A stretch of DNA of 60,876 nt, filler included, from Candidatus Zapsychrus exili (GCA_030765585.1; 8 parts of 8 records of this genome joined end to end with filler, not necessarily neighbours in it); one strand, 5' to 3'; counted from the first letter of the whole stretch, positions 20,052 to 30,239 are shown. The notes: generated by a model not told the origin, from the letters alone. A program made the numbers and translations.

Positions 20052-21359
20052 ATGGAAATATACAATCTTATCAGCTTTGGCGGAATATTTGCGTTCCCAT
20101 TGATAGCCTGGGCTATTTCTGAAAATAGAAAAATTCTAAACTGGCGAGTTATTTCATATGGAATAACCTTGCAAATATTAGTAGCTATTTTTATATTCGT
20201 AGTTCCCGCTGGATCAAAATTCTTTTTATTCTTAAATGATATCATAGTTCAAATTCTAAACTCTGCATCTGCTGGATCTGAATTTGTGTTTGGGAGATTA
20301 GCACTATCGCCTGGACAATCAAATGCTTTAGGCGAGCAATCTATCGGATTTATACTAGCGTTTCAAGGATTTCCTACTATCATATTTTTCTCTGCATTAA
20401 TATCTGTCTTATATTTTCTTAACATAATGCCTAAAATCATAAAAGCATTTTCATATGTCTTTACAAAACTTATGAAAATTTCTGGCGCTGAATCGCTAGT
20501 TGCCGCAAGTAATATCTTTGTCGGAATTGAATCCGCCTTTACAGTTAAGCCTCACTTAAAAGATATGACGCGTTCAGAATTTTGCACAGTTCTAAGCGTA
20601 GGTATGGCAACTGTCGCATCAAATATTCTTGCACTTTATGTTTTTACGCTAAAGAGTCAATTTCCCACAATCGCAGCTCATTTAATTTCTGCGTCACTTC
20701 TGTCAGCTCCAGCTGCTTTAGTAATTTCTAAAATTATTCTACCTGAAACAGAAACGCCAAAAACATTAGGTAAGCACATAGAGCCTTATCACGAAAAAGA
20801 AAATAGTTTGTTTGAATCAATAATGAATGGTGCAAACTCTGGTATTAAAATGATTGTAGGAATTGTGGCTTTACTTATAGCAGTTCTAAGCCTAACGGCT
20901 TTATTAGATTTAGGATTATCTTTGATAGGAAGCAAAATAAATACACTTGCCAATATGCAATTTGAATGGTCATTAAAGAATATCTTTGGCTATATCTTTT
21001 ATCCTTTTACTTTAATAATAGGGGTTCCCTTATCAGATGCTGGAGTTATATCCAAAATAATAGGGGAGAGGATAATAGTAACCGAGGTTGTCGCATATCA
21101 AGATCTAGCAAAAGCAATTAGCCAAGGAGCAATACAACACACACGCTCATATGTGATTGCTACTTATGCGCTATGTGGATTTGCTCACCTTGCATCAATG
21201 TCTATATTCGTTGGTGGTGTTTCAGCTCTTGCGCCAGAAAAAACAAAGATTATAAGTAGTGTGGCTTTTAAAGCATTAATTTCAGCGACATTAGCCTGCC
21301 TCATGACAGCTGCTGTTGCCGGAGCATTTTTTACAAAGAATTCAATTCTTTTCGGATAA
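20052..21359 (+). CDS. nupC: NupC/CNT family nucleoside transporter
   Basis: GSEFVFG, IIFFSALISVLY, SNIFVG.ES, TYALCGFAH. Confidence 0.9.
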   Translation: MEIYNLISFGGIFAFPLIAWAISENRKILNWRVISYGITLQILVAIFIFVVPAGSKFFLFLNDIIVQILNSASAGSEFVFGRLALSPGQSNALGEQSIGFILAFQGFPTIIFFSALISVLYFLNIMPKIIKAFSYVFTKLMKISGAESLVAASNIFVGIESAFTVKPHLKDMTRSEFCTVLSVGMATVASNILALYVFTLKSQFPTIAAHLISASLLSAPAALVISKIILPETETPKTLGKHIEPYHEKENSLFESIMNGANSGIKMIVGIVALLIAVLSLTALLDLGLSLIGSKINTLANMQFEWSLKNIFGYIFYPFTLIIGVPLSDAGVISKIIGERIIVTEVVAYQDLAKAISQGAIQHTRSYVIATYALCGFAHLASMSIFVGGVSALAPEKTKIISSVAFKALISATLACLMTAAVAGAFFTKNSILFG

Positions 21360-21386
21360 AATCAAAGATATCAACAGGAGAAATAA

Positions 21387-21590
21387 ATGAATTGTACAAA
21401 TAAAACTAAAAATACTGAAAAATGCAACTGCACTTACTCTGGCTGTCCAAGACACGGAATATGTTGCGAATGCATACATTATCATAGAGAAAAAGGGCAC
21501 TTACCTGCATGTTATTTTCCAGCTGATGCAGAAAAAACATATGATAGATCTATTGATTATTTCATTGAAGTATATCAAAACAATAAGTAG
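21387..21590 (+). CDS. small Cys-rich protein (DUF6485-like)
   Basis: [32 protein letters not shown]. Confidence 0.75.
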   Translation: MNCTNKTKNTEKCNCTYSGCPRHGICCECIHYHREKGHLPACYFPADAEKTYDRSIDYFIEVYQNNK

Positions 21591-21667
21591 ATAAATTTAA
21601 GACCTTTGTAATTTTTATAGCAAATAAAATTATCTGTGATATAATTTCCATTCACAAAACAATAAAT

Positions 21668-21745
21668 GGCGGGGTAGCTCAGCTTGGTTAGAGCGCACGG
21701 CTCATACCCGTGTTGTCGGTGGTTCAAATCCACTCCCCGCTACCA
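21668..21745 (+). tRNA. tRNA-Met (CAT), elongator type
   Basis: Cloverleaf: acceptor GGCGGGG/CCCCGCT, anticodon arm CACGG-CTCATAC-CCGTG, GGTTCAAATCC T-arm, encoded CCA. Confidence 0.93.
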
Positions 21746-21870
21746 ATCTTCGCTCCCTACATATTAGCAAGAAAAACTTTTACTCAACAAGTAAGCTATT
21801 CTAACAAATTAATCTTGTTTTCTTAGTTCTAGGGCATTAAAATACCTTTTAAAAAGAAAGAGAGTAAAAT

Positions 21871-22260
21871 ATGTACGAATTAAAAACTTTATTAATAGTA
21901 GGCGGCGCATTACTTTTTATAGGAATAATTCTTCCACTTGCATTAATCGCCGCTAAAGGATTCCAGGAGAAACCAAGAATGGGACATCAAAAGCCAAAAA
22001 GTTTTATAGGAAAAATTGTAAACTTTGTTTTAAGTATAATAGTAATATTTGTATTACTTCCATCTTTAGCACTCCTAGGGTACAATTACGTAAAATCAGT
22101 AGCTATTGGAAAAATGAGTACGGACAAATTTAAGAATTCTATTGAAAGCTATAGCTATCAGCCTGTCATAGACTTCTACGACAAAACTACAGAAAAGATA
22201 TTTGGTGACACAGGACTCTTTAAAAATTTTGGCAGCACAATAGGAGATCGCAATGAGTAA
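21871..22260 (+). CDS. hypothetical membrane protein
   Basis: ORF with two TM segments, overlapping the next gene. Confidence 0.65.
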   Translation: MYELKTLLIVGGALLFIGIILPLALIAAKGFQEKPRMGHQKPKSFIGKIVNFVLSIIVIFVLLPSLALLGYNYVKSVAIGKMSTDKFKNSIESYSYQPVIDFYDKTTEKIFGDTGLFKNFGSTIGDRNE

Positions 22261-22822
22261 CACAAAAACTCAAAAAATAATAATAATTTTAATAATTTTC
22301 TTATTTTGCGCCATAAATATATATGCTCAAACAAACTTTGAATTCTTTCTTAATTCAGGAGCAAATAAATATAAAAATGCAAAAATAATAAGAATCGTTA
22401 ATACAAGTACTATAATAATCGAAGCAGAAGAAATCCAAGAAGAAACAATAAAGCTCATAGGATTAAAAGGTGTTGATGCGCCAAATACCCATAAAAACAA
22501 AAAAAGAGACAAGTATGGATTTGTAATAGAAGAAAGAGCAAGCCCTGAAAATACTATAGAAGAAAAATCTAATGAATTTGCAAGAGAATTGTTACAAGAA
22601 AAAAAAATTCGCTTAGAATTCGATATTGAATCAAGGGATAGTCAAGGACAGGTTTTAGCTTATGTCTTTCTAAAAGAAGACGGAACTTTTGTTAATATAG
22701 AATTATTAAAACAAGGTTTTGCGAACCTTCAAATAAGACCACCAAACCTAAAATATAAAGATGAGCTAAGAGATGCGTACAAAGAAGCTAGGAGCGAAAT
22801 GAGGGGAATTCACAACGAATGA
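22253..22822 (+). CDS. thermonuclease (SNase-like) family protein
   Basis: Signal anchor, IKLIG, LEFD..RD..G.VLAYVF, VNIELLKQGFA, EAR...RGI. Confidence 0.85.
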   Translation: MSNTKTQKIIIILIIFLFCAINIYAQTNFEFFLNSGANKYKNAKIIRIVNTSTIIIEAEEIQEETIKLIGLKGVDAPNTHKNKKRDKYGFVIEERASPENTIEEKSNEFARELLQEKKIRLEFDIESRDSQGQVLAYVFLKEDGTFVNIELLKQGFANLQIRPPNLKYKDELRDAYKEARSEMRGIHNE

Positions 22823-22955
22823 ATGCTTTAAGAAAGGCCGAAAAATACATAGAAGACAATAAGCTCATAAAAAGAGGTGATTCTTTAATAGTAGGCGTTT
22901 CAGGCGGAGCTGATTCAATCGCTCTTCTTCATATGCTTTATTCTTTGCAATATAA
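22819..22955 (+). CDS. tilS: tRNA(Ile)-lysidine synthetase, N-terminal fragment at contig end
   Basis: PP-loop VGVSGGADSIALL. Confidence 0.8.
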
Positions 22956-23088
22956 NNNNNNNNNNNNNNNNNNNNNNNNNNNNNNNNNNNNNNNNNNNNT
23001 TAATTAATTAANNNNNNNNNNNNNNNNNNNNNNNNNNNNNNNNNNNNNNNNNNNNAGATGGCTTTTTATTATAAGCATGCCAAATTAT

Positions 23089-23181
23089 GGAGAGGTGCCT
23101 GAGTGGTTGAAAGGAGCCGCCTGCTAAGCGGTTGTTCCGTTATAAGCGGAACCCTGGGTTCGAATCCCAGCCTCTCCGCCA
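23089..23181 (+). tRNA. tRNA-Ser (GCT)
   Basis: Acceptor GGAGAGG/CCTCTCC, anticodon arm GCCGC-CTGCTAA-GCGGT, long variable arm, GGTTCGAATCC, encoded CCA. Confidence 0.95.
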
Positions 23182-23209
23182 TATTTTTCTAAGCGTCGTA
23201 ACTTACCTG

Positions 23210-23238
23210 TTGACAAGTAGTTAAAAATGTGTTATATT
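23210..23238 (+). promoter_or_regulatory. sigma70 promoter of the integrase
   Basis: TTGACA-N17-TATATT with TG extended -10, about 50 nt upstream of the ATG. Confidence 0.65.
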
Positions 23239-23251
23239 TTTATATAGGTCG

Positions 23252-23270
23252 TGCTACCAAAATGCGACCA
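23252..23270 (+). repeat. putative integrase arm-type tandem site
   Basis: TGCTACCAAAA-TGCGACCA; inverted copy at 25331-25350. Confidence 0.55.
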
Positions 23271-23288
23271 TAAAATAAAGGTAGGTAC

Positions 23289-24314
23289 ATGGCGACTATT
23301 CGGAAAAGAGGCGATGCTTGGGAAGTTGATTATCGAATCAACGGCAAGCGGTATAAAAAGGTTGTAGGGAAAAATAAACGCTTTGCCGAATTGCATTTAA
23401 AAGAGATAGAAGTAAAAATTGCCAAGAACGATTTGGGCTTTCTTCAAAAAGATTCAGACATCAAAAAGCTTTTCGATGAGTTTATTAAATACTCAGAAAC
23501 AAACCATTCTCCAAATACTGTAAAACGCTATAAAGCTATAATAAATAATTTTTCTTCCTTTCTCGGAAAATCTTCATATATCAAAAAAATATCACAGTTA
23601 AACCCAAAAAATTTTGAGGATTATAAACATTATCGTAAAAAGCAGGGCGCAAAAGATAAAACGCTTAATATAGAACTGCAGACAGTTAGAAGCATGTTTA
23701 ATTTAGCTCGTAAGTGGGGTTATTGCAAAGATAATCCTACGGAAGGGGTAAAGTGTCTTAAGATAGATAAAAACCGAGAGAGACGATTTTTAACAAAAGA
23801 AGAGTGTGAAAAATTACTTAAGAATTGTGGAGAGGAATTATACCCTGTATTTTTTACTTTTTTAAGCACTGGAATGCGCAGGGGAGAGTTGCTTAATTTG
23901 GAGTGGCGGGATGTGGATTTTGAAAGACAAAAAATAAGAATAAGAGAAAAAGAGGAATGGGCACCTAAGACTGCAGAGAGAGATATCCCCATGAGCAATA
24001 AATTAGTTGAAGTATTTAAAAAAATGAAGCAAAATAGTAAGGGAAAACTAGTGTTCTCTGATCAAAAAGGACAGCAAATAGAAAAAAACCGACTCAGGAA
24101 GCAATTAATTAAAATAACAAAGAAATGTGAGTTTCCAGATGTTACTAAGCTTCATACTTTGCGGCATACTTTTGCAAGCCATCTTGTTATGAAGGGGATT
24201 GATTTGCCAACTGTAAAAAAGTTAATGGGGCATTCGGATATAGACACTACAATGATCTATGCTCATCTTGCAGAAAGTCATGTTGATAAAGCTGTAGAGA
24301 GATTGGACTTTTAG
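23289..24314 (+). CDS. tyrosine recombinase/integrase
   Basis: N-terminal arm-binding segment, TGMRRGE, HTLRHTFASH, LMGHSDI..TMIYAH. Confidence 0.96.
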   Translation: MATIRKRGDAWEVDYRINGKRYKKVVGKNKRFAELHLKEIEVKIAKNDLGFLQKDSDIKKLFDEFIKYSETNHSPNTVKRYKAIINNFSSFLGKSSYIKKISQLNPKNFEDYKHYRKKQGAKDKTLNIELQTVRSMFNLARKWGYCKDNPTEGVKCLKIDKNRERRFLTKEECEKLLKNCGEELYPVFFTFLSTGMRRGELLNLEWRDVDFERQKIRIREKEEWAPKTAERDIPMSNKLVEVFKKMKQNSKGKLVFSDQKGQQIEKNRLRKQLIKITKKCEFPDVTKLHTLRHTFASHLVMKGIDLPTVKKLMGHSDIDTTMIYAHLAESHVDKAVERLDF

Positions 24315-24334
24315 AATGATTTTAAAGTGGAAGG

Positions 24335-24655
24335 ATGCTAATGATGAAAGTTAAACAATTTATTTTAATAATTCTAATCATAGTACTTTCTGGTTGTGCA
24401 TTAACCCATCCTGCTGTTGTTGTTTATAGAGAACAAGTGAATTTAATTCTCCAAGAATGTGAATGCAAAAAAGAAGATTTTAAATCTCGCCGTGCAGAAA
24501 TTGAAAAAGCTTATGAAGAAGGCGAAATAAACAAAGCCGAATATCTTCTTTTGAAAAATAATCTCAAAGGCGAAATAGATAATTATTTCGCAAATGCACA
24601 AAGAAGAATGGATGCCCTTGGATTAGAAGCCAGTTATAGAATCAATTCAGAATAA
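24335..24655 (+). CDS. hypothetical lipoprotein
   Basis: Hydrophobic N-terminus with lipobox LSGC. Confidence 0.7.
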   Translation: MLMMKVKQFILIILIIVLSGCALTHPAVVVYREQVNLILQECECKKEDFKSRRAEIEKAYEEGEINKAEYLLLKNNLKGEIDNYFANAQRRMDALGLEASYRINSE

Positions 24656-24727
24656 ATAATCAAAGAGCAAACGGCTTTTTATAAAAATAGCAAAAAAAGA
24701 ACGATTAAGAGTTAAAGGAGGTAGAAG

Positions 24728-25285
24728 ATGAAACTACAAATATTTCTTATGGCAGCAATATTTAGTCTATTTTCTATTGCTTCGCTTAATGCAGAACCGA
24801 TACCATCAGTAGAGTGGCTTATGAATGAGCCTGCGAGCTTGTTTGACATTGGAATGATGCGATTACGTGATTTAAATAAAACTGTTTGGATTCCAAAACT
24901 TGTGGAGCAAACAAACTCTTTAGGGCTCACATTAAAAAACCCTGGATTAGGAAGCGGTGTGGTTTATGATTTAGAAAAAAATATTCTTTCTATAGGGGTA
25001 TATTTCATTGGAAACCCTACAGAACAGAGGTGTGCCGAGATTTTAAAGCAATATAAAGCGATAATCGGCCACCCAAAGCCCCTATACCTTCATCCTACAA
25101 CAATGTGTTTCGGGCATATAAACTATAGCGTTACGGATTACCCTAAAAATATAGATGATAATATCCTTAAGATAGTAAAGATTACGGTTGGCATATCGGA
25201 AAAGGACCATTTGCGTAGCAAATCGATATATTGTAGTAGTGGCCTTTTTGAAGATACCCCGAGTTTTACAAAATATGGATTTTAA
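24728..25285 (+). CDS. hypothetical exported protein
   Basis: AAGGAGG RBS; signal peptide ending SLNA. Confidence 0.7.
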   Translation: MKLQIFLMAAIFSLFSIASLNAEPIPSVEWLMNEPASLFDIGMMRLRDLNKTVWIPKLVEQTNSLGLTLKNPGLGSGVVYDLEKNILSIGVYFIGNPTEQRCAEILKQYKAIIGHPKPLYLHPTTMCFGHINYSVTDYPKNIDDNILKIVKITVGISEKDHLRSKSIYCSSGLFEDTPSFTKYGF

Positions 25286-25330
25286 TTTTACTGATAATAG
25301 AAGTTAAGATTTTCACAATAATGTTTGTAT

Positions 25331-25350
25331 TTAGTCGCATTTTGGTCGCA
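25331..25350 (-). repeat. inverted copy of the arm-type tandem site
   Basis: Minus strand TGCGACCAAAA-TGCGACTAA. Confidence 0.55.
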
Positions 25351-25419
25351 TGCTGTGTATAGTTGCCTATAACATCTTTGTTTGCATAAGATGCAATAAA
25401 TGGCGCAGAGTACTATATT

Positions 25420-25617
25420 CTAAACCCTTAATTTGTAGTGGATCCTGCCCTTGATTTTCCTTCCATCAAGCCATTTCTCAATAGCCTTTTCATCAAAACG
25501 GATACACTTGCCGATCCGCACATAAGGCATAAAGCCCATATGGGTCCACTGGTAAACGGTAGATTGTTTTATAGCAAGTTTGTCTGCTATTTGTTTTACT
25601 GTCAGCAAGTTTTCCAT
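25420..25617 (-). CDS. excisionase-family HTH DNA-binding protein
   Basis: LLTVKQIADKL.IKQSTVYQW..MPYVRIGKCIRF. Confidence 0.88.
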   Translation of the reverse strand: MENLLTVKQIADKLAIKQSTVYQWTHMGFMPYVRIGKCIRFDEKAIEKWLDGRKIKGRIHYKLRV

Positions 25618-25714
25618 TATTTATTCTTTTTTTGTGGTGTGGGGACCCCCCAAGTGCTTCCGCGAAATACATAAGATCCCGCGTAAAAACGCGACCTATT
25701 TTTGAAATCCGATT

Positions 25715-26299
25715 TTAACTCTCTAACAACACCCTAACATACTTATCATAAGCTGAGTCTTCCTTATTCTTGCGGGCAAAAAAGGGTGGAGGGAAGCCTG
25801 TATTTACGCGCTTATCATATAGTTTCCAAAATAGCCTCCGTCCTTTGCGTGTCTGTTTCATGATGGAGATTGCTTCACCAACTTCTTGCTCGCCTTTTGT
25901 TTTTTCAATATCATCGAGATACTTTAATGTCGTACTGACCTTTTGGTTATGAGTTTGCGTTGATTTATAGGTCAAATTATGGCACTGGCGACATTTGAAT
26001 TCTTCCTCATGAACAGGCTTATACAGTTTACCAACCCTATTTTCGCAGGCAGGGCATTTAAACCAATATCTAATGCCTCCAAAATAGAGGGCACTAGAAG
26101 TAAGACTAAGCCTTAATGGGCCATTGTACATTAAGCTACGCAGATATAGGTTATCAAGCCTCTGTATCATGATAGAGTTAAGCTCTTCTAAGGAGATATT
26201 AGGCTTAATTTTGAGTATATGGTATTTCTGTTGCCTAACAACAACAGAAATACTTATTTGTTCGCATTGTTCTATAGTTATTTTTTTCATAAGCACCAT
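25715..26299 (-). CDS. hypothetical Zn-ribbon protein of integrative elements
   Basis: FGG.RYWFKCPAC..RVGKLY..FKCRQCHNLTY. Confidence 0.7.
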   Translation of the reverse strand: MVLMKKITIEQCEQISISVVVRQQKYHILKIKPNISLEELNSIMIQRLDNLYLRSLMYNGPLRLSLTSSALYFGGIRYWFKCPACENRVGKLYKPVHEEEFKCRQCHNLTYKSTQTHNQKVSTTLKYLDDIEKTKGEQEVGEAISIMKQTRKGRRLFWKLYDKRVNTGFPPPFFARKNKEDSAYDKYVRVLLES

Positions 26300-26436
26300 A
26301 TATAAAAAAATATAAAAAAAAATACAAATGATTTAGGATGTTTAGCCTCCCCCTTTTTTAATTTTTGGTATTTACAATGAAATTTGTTTAATCTATTTTC
26401 CCGAAAAGTCTTATAGAGTTATAATTATTTATAGCT

Positions 26437-27440
26437 CTATACTGTAGACACTTCGGGAAAAGGTTCTATCTTAGATAATAAATCCTCTGTCAAGGCAGTT
26501 AGTGACCAGATTTTCTGGTCACTGATATCAACTAAGCCCAAACTTCTTAATTCTTCAAATATTTTACGGACAGTAGAAGTTGGATATTTAATTGATTCTT
26601 TTATTGCGTTTGTTGACAAGGGTGAATTGCTCAGCTTATAAATGATATCCTTGCGTTGCTTTGGGATAGTGTCTGTAGCAACCCTGTAAATAATCCGGTA
26701 ATCATCTTCTGTAAGCGCAAACCTTCCATTTATTACTGCTAAACCTTCTCCTAATTTTACAAATTGCTTTGCCAGTCGAGGCGGGGCCTCTGGTTCAGGT
26801 GTGTAGATAATTTCTCGACTACGACCATCCCTAACCGAGCCACTTCTTGCTTTAACGCAAAAAGCAGCTAAGGGGGCAATTTTTTCTTTTATTGGCGTGG
26901 GTAGTATAATTTTTTTATTTGGTAAAGATACGCTAGCAATAAATGAACTTACAGCATTCCTTAACTCCTTTCTGATTTCGGGTTCCCGACCGCTGTTTTC
27001 CATTCCTTTAAGAGCCATCTTTATGTGGTCGGGGGATTTTATCCTAAATTGTATGAATCTCTCTCCCAACATTTGAAAGATAGCATAATGAGTATCAATT
27101 ATTGGAGTGACTCCTGCGATAAATCCTATTTTGCCTTCCCACTCGGTAACTTGTCCTGTTCCGAAGGGTTTTTTGTAACTCCCATCATATATCTCCCTTA
27201 ATTGAGAGAGAACTTCGGCTCGCTGTTCCCGGTGCATGGAAATTACCGATGTGAAGTCCTTTAGTGCAACAATTTTCCCTGTCAATTTAAGGAGAAGACT
27301 TTTATCTTCTTCATCTATCATGCCACTAACAAGTGTGTGTGCGGTTAAACTAGACAAAGGATAAATGTCAGGTATTCCATTTAGAGAAGATATGATTTCG
27401 GTTTTGGCAGAAGAAGGGGGGGCAATTATTAGCAACCACA
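26437..27440 (-). CDS. AAA+/primase-associated ATPase with C-terminal wHTH (5' truncated)
   Basis: Walker A-like APPSSAKT, KDF, LREIYDG, GERF, EAPPRL; typical of satellite/IME replication proteins. Confidence 0.7.
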
Positions 27441-27621
27441 NNNNNNNNNNNNNNNNNNNNNNNNNNNNNNNNNNNNNNNNNNNNTTAATTAATTAANNNN
27501 NNNNNNNNNNNNNNNNNNNNNNNNNNNNNNNNNNNNNNNNCGTGATAAGTAAATTTTGGCAAGTCAAAAAATGCTTGTCAGATAAAACTTTTTAATCCGT
27601 AAAATAAAATGGCGGACGCGG

Positions 27622-27819
27622 TTGCAACCAATTCGAACCGCAGCCCAAATTACAGCCAGTATTAAGATATTACCTGTCAAACAACTCTCTTTATACCAAA
27701 AATTAGCCCAGAAAGCAACACAATTACGCCTTCTAGGCCTTCCTGTTAAAGAAATAGCTATAAGGTTAGAGGTTAGTAAAGGAACTGTTGAAAACGCCCT
27801 TAAATGGGAAGGGAGGTAA
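27622..27819 (+). CDS. small HTH protein
   Basis: LGLPVKEIAIRLEVSKGTVENAL helix-turn-helix; TTG start uncertain. Confidence 0.55.
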   Translation: MQPIRTAAQITASIKILPVKQLSLYQKLAQKATQLRLLGLPVKEIAIRLEVSKGTVENALKWEGR

Positions 27820-27822
27820 ACT

Positions 27823-28035
27823 ATGCACTGGCTATTCTATAATTCTCCACCAAAATACCCCATAGAGAAAAAAATATGGATCAAAATCCGATTCATCCAT
27901 GAAACCGACAAAGCTATTCTAGTTTATTGCAATGGCAGAAAGATTTGGATTCCTAAGGCGCGAATATATAAGATAAAGCTAAAGAAGGGTATTTTTGAGA
28001 TTTATATCAAGAAAAGCACTATATTGGATAAATAA
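27823..28035 (+). CDS. hypothetical protein
   Basis: GGAGG RBS; HETDKAILV...IWIPK motif seen in small phage/MGE proteins. Confidence 0.65.
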   Translation: MHWLFYNSPPKYPIEKKIWIKIRFIHETDKAILVYCNGRKIWIPKARIYKIKLKKGIFEIYIKKSTILDK

Positions 28036-28072
28036 ACAAGGAATCACCCTAATTTCTATCTATAACAAAAGT

Positions 28073-30079
28073 TTATAAACCTAATCTTCTAGCAATTTCC
28101 TTGGTTAGCTTTTTAAAATTACCCTCTGTGATTTTGTCTATTCTGCTCCCTCCGTTCAATATTCCTTTTAGAGTTTTGGCAACCCGCGTTTTACAAAACC
28201 CGATATCGAATTTTTCCTTAAAAATTTGTTCATAAAACCTTTCGATTTTAGAACCTGTTTTCTCGGGAAAATTTTTAATTTCTTGTTTCTTTTCCGGATA
28301 TGTTAATTTGACCGCTTCTGTATATAAGTCTTCACTAAATAAATCTGCCAATGCAAAATCGCTTGTTTTTTCAGGGAAAAGTCCACCAATCCCTATTATA
28401 TCTTTATCATCAATCCCTATAGCCTTCAACCCTGCAGTTATTTCTCTTCCTCCACTATCAGAATCCACAACGTTTATAAAGTTTAAACTTAACCCTTTGT
28501 AAATTTTAGCAATTTGATAGTCTTTGCTCTCAGCCAGACTACCATTTATAGAAATCTTATTACTTTTTCCGGTCGCAAATTTTCCCAACACCCCTTCAAG
28601 AATAGATTTATCAGCTTGTCCTTCAATTAAAATATTATACGTAGACGCCAGCAGGGAATACCCCACAGATGAACCGATAGCTGTCCGAAGTGGCTCTAAT
28701 AAATCAAAATCTTCTCCTCTCTTAACAATTTCGTTTGTTATTTTAGTCCCCTGATTATCTCCGAGAAGTTTAACTATTCTTATTTGTTCAGGTTTGAAAG
28801 GATCCACTAATGCAGGGGAATGAGTTACATATATAATTTGTGCATTTGTGGCTACTTTTTCCTCCAAAAATGTTTTAATATCTCTTTGTCCATCTACATG
28901 CAATTCTAATGCAGGGTTATCTAACAAAATGACAGTCGTAGCTGATGATGCACTTTCATTCTGAATAGTACTATAAAAAGAGAGATACCATTGAAAGCCG
29001 TCGCTTCTTTGTGATAGAGGTATACGATTTGTGTATGTACCATCGCTAATTGCTAAGGACAGCTGTTCCTTGTCAATTCTAAAATGGACTTCATATTTTT
29101 CTTGTGTCCAGAATTCATTTAATCCACCGGATATATGTCCTTTGTAATGGTCTTCAAAAACCTGAACATCAGAAACATTTACAGTTTTTGTTAATTCTTG
29201 TATTTTTTGTATAGATAATCCTGCAGTAGTACACAACTTTAACATGCCTATTGATGTTTTTTCAGGATTAGCAATAAATTCTGCTATTTTAACCGAATCC
29301 GGAATTTTATCTAATGCTGTACTATGGAAAATAAATCGTGGCAGTCTTTTGGTAAGATGTTTTGGTCTATCGCTCTGGTCTTCAGATAAAGTTTGATTTA
29401 TTTTACCCAAAATTTCTTCTGAACTTTTAGTTGCAGTAGCAATGTCTGCTTGGACAGCTTGGTCTTGTGCAGGTAGACCTCGTATACCCGTAGAAAATGT
29501 TTTTATTAAGTTGCTCACTTGTGCAGTCTCGGAGAATTTCGATCCAATAAAGCCATCTATCAGCTGTGTAATTTTGTCTTTATTTTTTGCAAATTCTTGA
29601 TTTCTCTCAGCATGTAAAATCAATTTCTTTTTTAATTCACTAACTGTTGACTTTAATTCCTCAATTTGTGTGGATATGTCAGGAAGGACAAATTGAACTT
29701 CAGCCTCTTTATCGTCCGCATCTATAGTAGTAAATTTATAATTGTTTCCAAAATATTTAACAGCTTTTAAATATTTAACATTATCGATACCCTTTATTAT
29801 GCTTGCAAGTTGGTCCTTATCGTCGTTTTTAAATTTTAACCATAAAGTAATCATTGGCACTTTTTCTTGTGGTTGCTTCTCCAGGGTGGGTCTTAAATGG
29901 CTTGATAAAATATCTGGCAAATATTTATAGTTTTGGTTAAATGACTGAAGGGCTTTTAGGAAGTTGCTTTTACCTTGTTCGTTTTTACCAATCAAAATAG
30001 TTAATTTTGGTTCAAGGTATACTTCGCCACTGTCAACAATGGATCTGAAATTTTGAATCCGAACTTTTATAATATTCAT
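28073..30079 (-). CDS. OLD-family-like ABC ATPase-TOPRIM nuclease
   Basis: IQNFRSI, Walker A GKNEQGKS, RSDGFQW, Walker B LLDNP, H-loop VTHSP, TOPRIM LIEG..D and DSD; GGAGG RBS. Confidence 0.85.
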   Translation of the reverse strand: MNIIKVRIQNFRSIVDSGEVYLEPKLTILIGKNEQGKSNFLKALQSFNQNYKYLPDILSSHLRPTLEKQPQEKVPMITLWLKFKNDDKDQLASIIKGIDNVKYLKAVKYFGNNYKFTTIDADDKEAEVQFVLPDISTQIEELKSTVSELKKKLILHAERNQEFAKNKDKITQLIDGFIGSKFSETAQVSNLIKTFSTGIRGLPAQDQAVQADIATATKSSEEILGKINQTLSEDQSDRPKHLTKRLPRFIFHSTALDKIPDSVKIAEFIANPEKTSIGMLKLCTTAGLSIQKIQELTKTVNVSDVQVFEDHYKGHISGGLNEFWTQEKYEVHFRIDKEQLSLAISDGTYTNRIPLSQRSDGFQWYLSFYSTIQNESASSATTVILLDNPALELHVDGQRDIKTFLEEKVATNAQIIYVTHSPALVDPFKPEQIRIVKLLGDNQGTKITNEIVKRGEDFDLLEPLRTAIGSSVGYSLLASTYNILIEGQADKSILEGVLGKFATGKSNKISINGSLAESKDYQIAKIYKGLSLNFINVVDSDSGGREITAGLKAIGIDDKDIIGIGGLFPEKTSDFALADLFSEDLYTEAVKLTYPEKKQEIKNFPEKTGSKIERFYEQIFKEKFDIGFCKTRVAKTLKGILNGGSRIDKITEGNFKKLTKEIARRLGL

Positions 30080-30239
30080 TGTTTACCTCCACATAAAAAA
30101 TTATTAAATTTACCCAAATCACCTTATTAATAAAAAGGGGCAACTCCTTTTTATTTGCACCGTCTCCATTTGTCTATATATACCTCTGTTATGAAGAAAA
30201 ATCAAGAGGTTTTTGGGGGAAAGGATTCGATCTTCTCCT

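Larger units (their letters stand above)
23182..27440. mobile_element. integrative element (phage-satellite/IME-like) at the tRNA-Ser 3' end, truncated by contig end
   Basis: Tyrosine integrase directly after the tRNA, excisionase, primase/helicase-type ATPase. Confidence 0.8.
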
